This document shows positions 54,561-59,999 of a DNA stretch of 59,999 nucleotides, piece by piece; position 1 is the stretch's first letter, and each line of letters begins with the position of its first letter. The translations under genes and the position numbers were made by a program. The stretch covers positions 1-59,999 of IMG/VR virus record IMGVR_UViG_3300034158_000041, one strand, 5' to 3'. This DNA is from a virus (lineage: Duplodnaviria; Caudoviricetes). The notes under the pieces were generated by a model, which saw only the letters and a program-made list of their open reading frames with translations, made no database searches and was not told the DNA's origin.

Positions 54561-56769
54561 AGAATTCCTGAAATCAAAGCAATTCGCTGCAAAGCCATCC
54601 GGCTTCCATGCCACAGATATCAATCCAAAGCTCTTCCCCTTTCAGCATGATATAGTATCATGGGCATGTCAGAAGGGCAAGGCGGCCATTTTTGCAGGCA
54701 CTGGTCTCGGCAAGACACCAATCCAACTGGAATGGGCCAACCAGGTCTGCAAGCATTCTGGCGGCAATGTCCTGATCCTGGCTCCTCTCGCAGTCGCACA
54801 GCAAACCGTTGAAGAGGGAGCAAAGTTTGGCATCGAGGTCCATCTTTGCAGGAAGCAGGCCGATGTTCTGGAAGGCATCAATATCACCAACTATGAAATG
54901 CTGGATCATTTCGACCCGTTGCAATTCGTAGGAATTGTCCTGGATGAGAGCAGCATCATAAAGAGCTTTGAAGGCACGGTCAGAACTCAAATCATCGATT
55001 CCTTTCGAGACACGCCCTATAAGTTGGCTTGCACAGCAACCCCGGCGCCAAATGACCACATGGAGCTAGGCAATCATGCGGAGTTCATGGGCGTGATGAG
55101 CAGAACCGAGATGTTATCCTGCTATTTTGTGCATGACGGCGGCCAAACCAGCCAGTGGCGGCTCAAGGGACACGCCAAAACGGCATTCTGGCGATGGGTC
55201 GCGACATGGGCGGTAATGCTTCAAATGCCTTCTGATCTCGGATATGAAGACAACGGCTTCAAGTTGCCGCATCTGACCATAGATCAGGTGGTTGTGGATA
55301 AGACTGGCTACATAGTCCGAGAGGCTTTGACCCTCCAGGACCGCAGAGGAGCCCGGAAGAATAGCCTGGTTCCAAGGGTTGCAGAAGCCGCCAGAATCGC
55401 CACATCTTCACCGGGGCCATGGCTGGTCTGGTGTGATCTGAATGTTGAGGCCGATGCTCTGAGAAAGGCCATACCAGGATCAATTGAAATCAGAGGTTCG
55501 GATGATCCTGAGAAGAAAGCGCAAGCTGCCAGAGATTTTGCCAATGGAAAGATAAATATACTAATCAGTAAATCTTCAATATTTGGCTTCGGCCTCAATT
55601 TCCAAATTTGCCATAAGATGATATTCACCGGCATATCGGACAGCTTCGAGCAGTATTATCAGGCGGTTAGAAGGTGCTGGCGATTTGGCCAAGAGGAGCC
55701 TGTCGAAGTCCATGTTATAACCTCCGAAGCGGAGGGAGCAGTAGTTAAAAACATAGAGCGAAAAGAGAAGGAGTTTGAGAAAATGCTGACTGGAATGATT
55801 GCAGAAACGCAAGAACTGACAAAAGAAAACCTGAAATCCACTTTCAGAGAGACAGACGAATATAAGCAGGGCGTTCAATCCGGTGATGGGTGGGAAATGC
55901 GAATGGCCGATAGCTGCGAAGAGATCAAGACCATTGCAGACGGATCTATCCACTTCGAGATATTTTCTCCGCCTTTCTCCAGCCTATACACGTACAGCAA
56001 CAGTGAAAGAGACCTCGGAAACTGCAAAGGAGACGGCGAATTCTTCAAGCATTTCGGATTCATAGCACCCGAATTGTATCGGGTTCTCATGCCTGGTAGG
56101 TTGCTTGCGGTTCACTGCATGGATTTGCCACTTCAGAAAGCCAGAGATGGGATCATCGGCCTAAAAGACTTCTCAGGAGAATTGATAAGGATATTCCAGA
56201 ACGCCGGATTCGTCTACCATACCAGGATAACAATTTATAAAAATCCTGTGACAGAAATGCAACGCACGAAGGCACTCGGACTTCTCCATAAGCAACTGAA
56301 GAAAGACAGCAGCATGTCCCGGGTGGGATTGCCTGATTACATGTTGGTTTTCAGGAAACCGGGAAACAATCCGGAACCTATAACACACACCGCCGAAGAA
56401 TTCCCAGTTGCAAAATTCCAGGAATGGGCTCAGCCTATCTGGATGGATATCAATCAAAGCAACACCCTCCAGAGGAAATCTGCCAGGGACGACAAAGACG
56501 AAAAGCACATCGCGCCTCTCCAATTGGAAGTTATCAAGCGATGCATAGAAATGTGGACCGCCCCCGGCGATCTGATCTTGGACCCGTTCGCAGGTATAGG
56601 CAGCACTGGATATGAAGCCTTGCGAAATAAGAGAAGCTTCATAGGATTTGAATTAAAGGAAAGCTATTATGATCAGGCCTGCAAGAATCTAAAATTGGCC
56701 GAAATATCCCCGGTTGGACCGCCGCAAGTTGATCTATTTCAGTTCGAGAAAACGGAGGAAACGGTATGA
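54547..56769 (+). CDS. SNF2-like helicase fused to a beta-class amino DNA methyltransferase
   Basis: GTGLGKT, LDESS, TATP, QAVRRCWRFGQ; FSPPF (motif IV) before DPFAGIGST (motif I). Confidence 0.9.
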   Translation: MTSYEEFLKSKQFAAKPSGFHATDINPKLFPFQHDIVSWACQKGKAAIFAGTGLGKTPIQLEWANQVCKHSGGNVLILAPLAVAQQTVEEGAKFGIEVHLCRKQADVLEGINITNYEMLDHFDPLQFVGIVLDESSIIKSFEGTVRTQIIDSFRDTPYKLACTATPAPNDHMELGNHAEFMGVMSRTEMLSCYFVHDGGQTSQWRLKGHAKTAFWRWVATWAVMLQMPSDLGYEDNGFKLPHLTIDQVVVDKTGYIVREALTLQDRRGARKNSLVPRVAEAARIATSSPGPWLVWCDLNVEADALRKAIPGSIEIRGSDDPEKKAQAARDFANGKINILISKSSIFGFGLNFQICHKMIFTGISDSFEQYYQAVRRCWRFGQEEPVEVHVITSEAEGAVVKNIERKEKEFEKMLTGMIAETQELTKENLKSTFRETDEYKQGVQSGDGWEMRMADSCEEIKTIADGSIHFEIFSPPFSSLYTYSNSERDLGNCKGDGEFFKHFGFIAPELYRVLMPGRLLAVHCMDLPLQKARDGIIGLKDFSGELIRIFQNAGFVYHTRITIYKNPVTEMQRTKALGLLHKQLKKDSSMSRVGLPDYMLVFRKPGNNPEPITHTAEEFPVAKFQEWAQPIWMDINQSNTLQRKSARDDKDEKHIAPLQLEVIKRCIEMWTAPGDLILDPFAGIGSTGYEALRNKRSFIGFELKESYYDQACKNLKLAEISPVGPPQVDLFQFEKTEETV

Positions 56770-57845
56770 AAATGTTATTGGTTGAGCCAAAGATCCATTC
56801 ACCTTTTCCGCCATATGGGTTGCTGAAGATAGCTACCCATCTACGCAATGAAGGCCACGAAGTTGAGCTTATCAGGCAAGGGTATAAGCATCCCGGATAC
56901 ACGCCGGATAAGATTTACATGACTTCTCTGTTTACATATTCATGGAAGCCGGTATGGGAAGCGGTGAAATTCTATAAGGGTGCGTTCCCCAACACGCCCA
57001 TAGAATTGGGCGGTATATATGCCTCTCTGATGCCAGAGCACGCCCGAAAATCTGGCGTTGATAAGGTTTTCTCCGGGCTGTGGGATGAAGTTGATAATCT
57101 GGTTCCTGCCTATGACCTGGTGCCGGAATGGGATGGAAGCATCATATTTACGCAGCGGGGATGCATTAACAGGTGTGGGTTTTGCGCCGTCCATAGAATC
57201 GAAGGCCAAATGCGATCAACCGGGCCAAGCATCAAACCGTATATCTACCCCGGCCACACCAAGATATATCCATATGACAACAATATTACCAACGGGCCCG
57301 AATGGGATCGAGTTTGGCAGGAGTTGAAAGACTCCAAGCTGAAGATAGATATCAGAAATGGTATAGATTCCAGAACCGTTGATGATAAGATCGCAGGGCA
57401 AATGAACGATCTTCGATTGCTGAGGTTGCAGACATCTTTTGACAGTATCAAGGATTGGGATAAGGTCGAGAATGGCATAAGTCTATTGAAAAAACACATG
57501 ACAAAAAAGTATAATATCGTGGTTCTTATATTATACAACTTCAACGATACACCGGATGAATACTTTGAGAGAATGAAGGTAGTACTTGATTGGGGGTGCT
57601 TATGCTACCCAATGCGATATCAGCCACTGGATACACTAAAAAAGAACTCCTATCTATCGTCGAAGTGGACAGAAAAGGAGCTTTTGGCCGCGCGAGCCTT
57701 CGTCACTAACCACGGCATCATGAGCTTTACCTACAAATGCAAGCGCCTGCCAGAGACGTTTTTTGAAGCAAAAGATTTCAACGAAGGCGTGATGCAGTAC
57801 TACAATAAGAAGGATCAAACAGAATTAACGGTGTGGTGTGGATAA
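56766..57845 (+). CDS. Radical SAM enzyme with an N-terminal B12-binding-like domain
   Basis: LLVEP..PPYGLLKIA..G..V; TSLFTY; LGGIYASL.P; TQRGCINRCGFC; YDNN. Confidence 0.85.
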   Translation: MKMLLVEPKIHSPFPPYGLLKIATHLRNEGHEVELIRQGYKHPGYTPDKIYMTSLFTYSWKPVWEAVKFYKGAFPNTPIELGGIYASLMPEHARKSGVDKVFSGLWDEVDNLVPAYDLVPEWDGSIIFTQRGCINRCGFCAVHRIEGQMRSTGPSIKPYIYPGHTKIYPYDNNITNGPEWDRVWQELKDSKLKIDIRNGIDSRTVDDKIAGQMNDLRLLRLQTSFDSIKDWDKVENGISLLKKHMTKKYNIVVLILYNFNDTPDEYFERMKVVLDWGCLCYPMRYQPLDTLKKNSYLSSKWTEKELLAARAFVTNHGIMSFTYKCKRLPETFFEAKDFNEGVMQYYNKKDQTELTVWCG

Positions 57846-57875
57846 GCTTATATAGTTATAGGTATAGTATCTAGT

Positions 57876-58076
57876 ATGGCACAGATTGAGATATCCAAAG
57901 TTGGGAAGAGATGGGTAGCAAAACTCGGAGAAACTGGAAGCTTCGGCGAAGCTCAGATGTTTGTTCGTGAGCATCCGATAAAAGATGCTAAAATTAGCAT
58001 CCTTCCAGACGACAGCGGGGCATGTGAGATCATGGCCGTTTGGACTAAGAACCCTGGTGAGGTACAATGGCGTTAA
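57876..58076 (+). CDS. Small hypothetical protein (leaderless; TTATATAG box at ~57848-57855)
   Basis: TATA box about 21 nt upstream. Confidence 0.55.
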   Translation: MAQIEISKVGKRWVAKLGETGSFGEAQMFVREHPIKDAKISILPDDSGACEIMAVWTKNPGEVQWR

Positions 58077-58204
58077 TAAAGCGAAATGTGACCATAGAAA
58101 AGCAGCATGATGATTGGTTGAAGCTTCATAAAAAAAGTTTTAATTTTTCCGATCAGGTGCGAACGTGGTTAAGCAATTACATAAAAGCACACGATGGTGA
58201 TTAG
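58067..58204 (+). CDS. Ribbon-helix-helix microprotein (not in track)
   Basis: KRNVTIEKQHDDWL..NFSDQVRTWL; GGTGAGGT SD. Confidence 0.6.
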   Translation: MALIKRNVTIEKQHDDWLKLHKKSFNFSDQVRTWLSNYIKAHDGD

Positions 58205-58205
58205 T

Positions 58206-58457
58206 ATGGAATGCAAAATCTGCGAAAAGGAAAGAGAGATTTCCAAACATTTTAAGCATAGTCCGAGACTTAGAATATGCGATGAATGTGTCGAATTGAT
58301 GGGATACAATCATCAGAGAATTGGAGAGAGAATCTATAATCAGTATAAAAAGAACCTGGACAAATCACTGAAAGAAGAGGTTCAAAGAACCCTGCCTATG
58401 ATTATTGAAAAGCTAATGACAGAATCCGATCTAACATTTGAACTGAAGGTGTGCTAA
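58206..58457 (+). CDS. Zinc-finger protein
   Basis: CKIC...ICDEC. Confidence 0.55.
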   Translation: MECKICEKEREISKHFKHSPRLRICDECVELMGYNHQRIGERIYNQYKKNLDKSLKEEVQRTLPMIIEKLMTESDLTFELKVC

Positions 58458-58458
58458 A

Positions 58459-59184
58459 ATGCAATTCAAAGTCGTAATTTCCCCAACCACAATGAAAGAC
58501 ATAATCAATGCCATCAAAGATGTAGCCGAAGAAGTCAGAATCCAAGTCTCGGAAACCGGCCTGAAAATCCAGGCCGTTGACCCGGCAAATGTCTGCATGG
58601 TATTCTTGGATGCACCCCAGGATGCATTCGAGTACTACAAAACCGATGCCGGAGACCTAGCACTCGATATGATCAGGCTGGACCAATTCACCAACGGATC
58701 TGACAGCATCTCCATGGAATTGGACCCCGAAACCCACAAGATGGCCGTGGACCATGGCCGGTCCAAGTTCTCCATGTCTATGATAGACCCAACTGCAATC
58801 AAGGGCGCCCCAAGAGTCCCCAACCTGGATATGCCATGTAGCATTGTGATATCAGGCGCTGATGTCTATGATGCTATCCAATCGGCTATCAAGGTCTCTG
58901 ATCATGCCATCCTCGAACAGGACGAAGAGAACTTTGTGCTGGAGGCCAAAGGAGACATTGACTCCGTGAGAACTGCTTTCCAGTTGTCGGAACTGACCGG
59001 TATTAGGCAAGGCATGTCTAGGGCCGTGTTCTCACTCGATTACCTGGCGGATATCGCAAAGGTGGCTAGAAAGGTATCGGCGGTCCAGATCGAAACCGGG
59101 ATAGATTATCCCACTGTGATATCCTTCGGGATGGGAAAAATTTCTGTTCGTTATATGCTCGCCCCGCGCATCGAACAGGACTGA
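58459..59184 (+). CDS. pcn: DNA sliding clamp (archaeal PCNA)
   Basis: GLKIQAVDPANVCMV; AFEYY; VFSLDYL; GIDYP; YMLAPRIE. Confidence 0.95.
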   Translation: MQFKVVISPTTMKDIINAIKDVAEEVRIQVSETGLKIQAVDPANVCMVFLDAPQDAFEYYKTDAGDLALDMIRLDQFTNGSDSISMELDPETHKMAVDHGRSKFSMSMIDPTAIKGAPRVPNLDMPCSIVISGADVYDAIQSAIKVSDHAILEQDEENFVLEAKGDIDSVRTAFQLSELTGIRQGMSRAVFSLDYLADIAKVARKVSAVQIETGIDYPTVISFGMGKISVRYMLAPRIEQD

Positions 59185-59188
59185 AATC

Positions 59189-59216
59189 CTTTTTCTTAAA
59201 TTTTTTGAAAAAAAAT
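59189..59216. terminator. Bidirectional oligo-T/oligo-A terminator
   Basis: T-tracts followed by A8 between convergent genes. Confidence 0.55.
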
Positions 59217-59304
59217 TAAATCCATCTTATGCCGCTTCCGACCTGCCACACAAGTGGATAGCAGAATATCAGATATATCCTGCCATTCTCACTTATGGTG
59301 CAAA

Positions 59305-59553
59305 TCATGCTCTCCTCTCCGGGCGTGGTGTCCTTTCAAATTCCTGCTCTATCTTCATTGCATCCACCTCAGAGCCCCGGACCTTGAACACCATCCCAAA
59401 CGCCGGCAACGTGAACTCTGCAATTCCTCTGGAAAGCAACTCATCACCATAGGCTTTCCTGCGCTTCTCCGCGCCCCACGGCAGGTCACTGGTTTCGTTT
59501 GCGGATTCCTTTGTGTATAGCCGAATGAGTTCGGCGTCGGGTAGATCTTTCAT
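59305..59553 (-). CDS. Hypothetical protein
   Basis: GAGGAGGAG SD; ATGA overlap. Confidence 0.55.
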   Translation of the reverse strand: MKDLPDAELIRLYTKESANETSDLPWGAEKRRKAYGDELLSRGIAEFTLPAFGMVFKVRGSEVDAMKIEQEFERTPRPERRA

Positions 59554-59735
59554 GCTCCTCCTCTGCCACCCTTCGGCCTGCCCGACTTACATATCTTAGC
59601 CGGCCTCCACATAGATCCCATCTTGCCCTCCAGGTCCGCATGATCTTCGAAATAGCATTCCCCGGTAAAGTTCAGATATTGGGCTTGGCATTGGCGCCGG
59701 CGTGCCCATTCACATGAGCCACATTTGGCGGTCAT
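59550..59735 (-). CDS. Small Cys-rich protein (start MTAKCGSC)
   Basis: ATGA overlap with the ATP-grasp stop codon. Confidence 0.5.
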   Translation of the reverse strand: MTAKCGSCEWARRRQCQAQYLNFTGECYFEDHADLEGKMGSMWRPAKICKSGRPKGGRGGA

Positions 59736-59924
59736 GCATCCTCGTGCTCTGGATGATATGACAGTTCGCCCCTCGCGGCATCTATCATGTACCATTTGCC
59801 TATTTCCGTTTGGGCAAAATCGACCGAATAGAAGCCTGGGACACATTCATTGAAGTCTTCGGCCATTCTGGTCAGGCAGGCAACCTCGAGATAATCTTCC
59901 TGGTTGATCTCAGCGAGCTTCTTT
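59732..59924 (-). CDS. C-terminal part of the junction-spanning ATP-grasp protein
   Basis: In frame with 524-1 after removing the 75-bp overlap. Confidence 0.65.
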
Positions 59925-59999
59925 TTCCAACCGGGAACTAGATTCTTAATTGCCCTTCCTGGCTGGATAGCACTCTCCGGCCAATATGGATGATGGCAC
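59925..59999. repeat. Terminal direct repeat copy
   Basis: Identical to 1-75. Confidence 0.95.

Noticed and set aside
1-59999. Stop-codon reassignment or pyrrolysine readthrough
   Set aside because: Core genes are full length in the standard code, TAG/TGA/TAA all end genes at expected positions, and no suppressor tRNA was found

Overview
This window looks like a complete, circularly permuted genome (~59,924 bp) of a tailed archaeal virus (Caudoviricetes, siphovirus-type tail). Bases 1-75 repeat exactly at 59925-59999, and one ORF reads through that junction. An archaeal host is supported by a viral PCNA, many BRE-TATA promoters ~23 nt before leaderless ATGs, ribbon-helix-helix and zinc-ribbon microproteins, and secreted PKD, matrixin and beta-helix proteins. 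A Methanothrix/Methanosarcinales host is an inference. The modules are packaging and head (36-44.5 kb, minus strand), a ~8 kb surface-protein and lysis island inside the head-tail connector block (27.4-35.5 kb), tail (9.8-27.3 kb) interrupted by plus-strand cassettes, replication and DNA metabolism (50-59.2 kb), and early microprotein arrays. No integrase, DNA polymerase, reverse transcriptase or CRISPR array was recognised. The strongest leads are: (1) a tandem pair of tRNA-shaped ncRNAs at 24570-24822, one with its anticodon replaced by a kink-turn plus GAAA hairpin and one with an 8-bp acceptor and a giant branched arm; (2) an operon in which a SNF2-helicase/DNA-methyltransferase fusion and a cobalamin-type radical SAM enzyme both end in PIP-box-like motifs just upstream of the viral PCNA; (3) a metacaspase in the endolysin slot; (4) stand-alone tail-collar miniproteins in an antisense cassette; (5) a phased iteron array inside the primase-helicase gene; (6) a structured RNA around a tRNA-Thr with C33. 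All calls come from manual motif reading, and no searches or folding computations were run.
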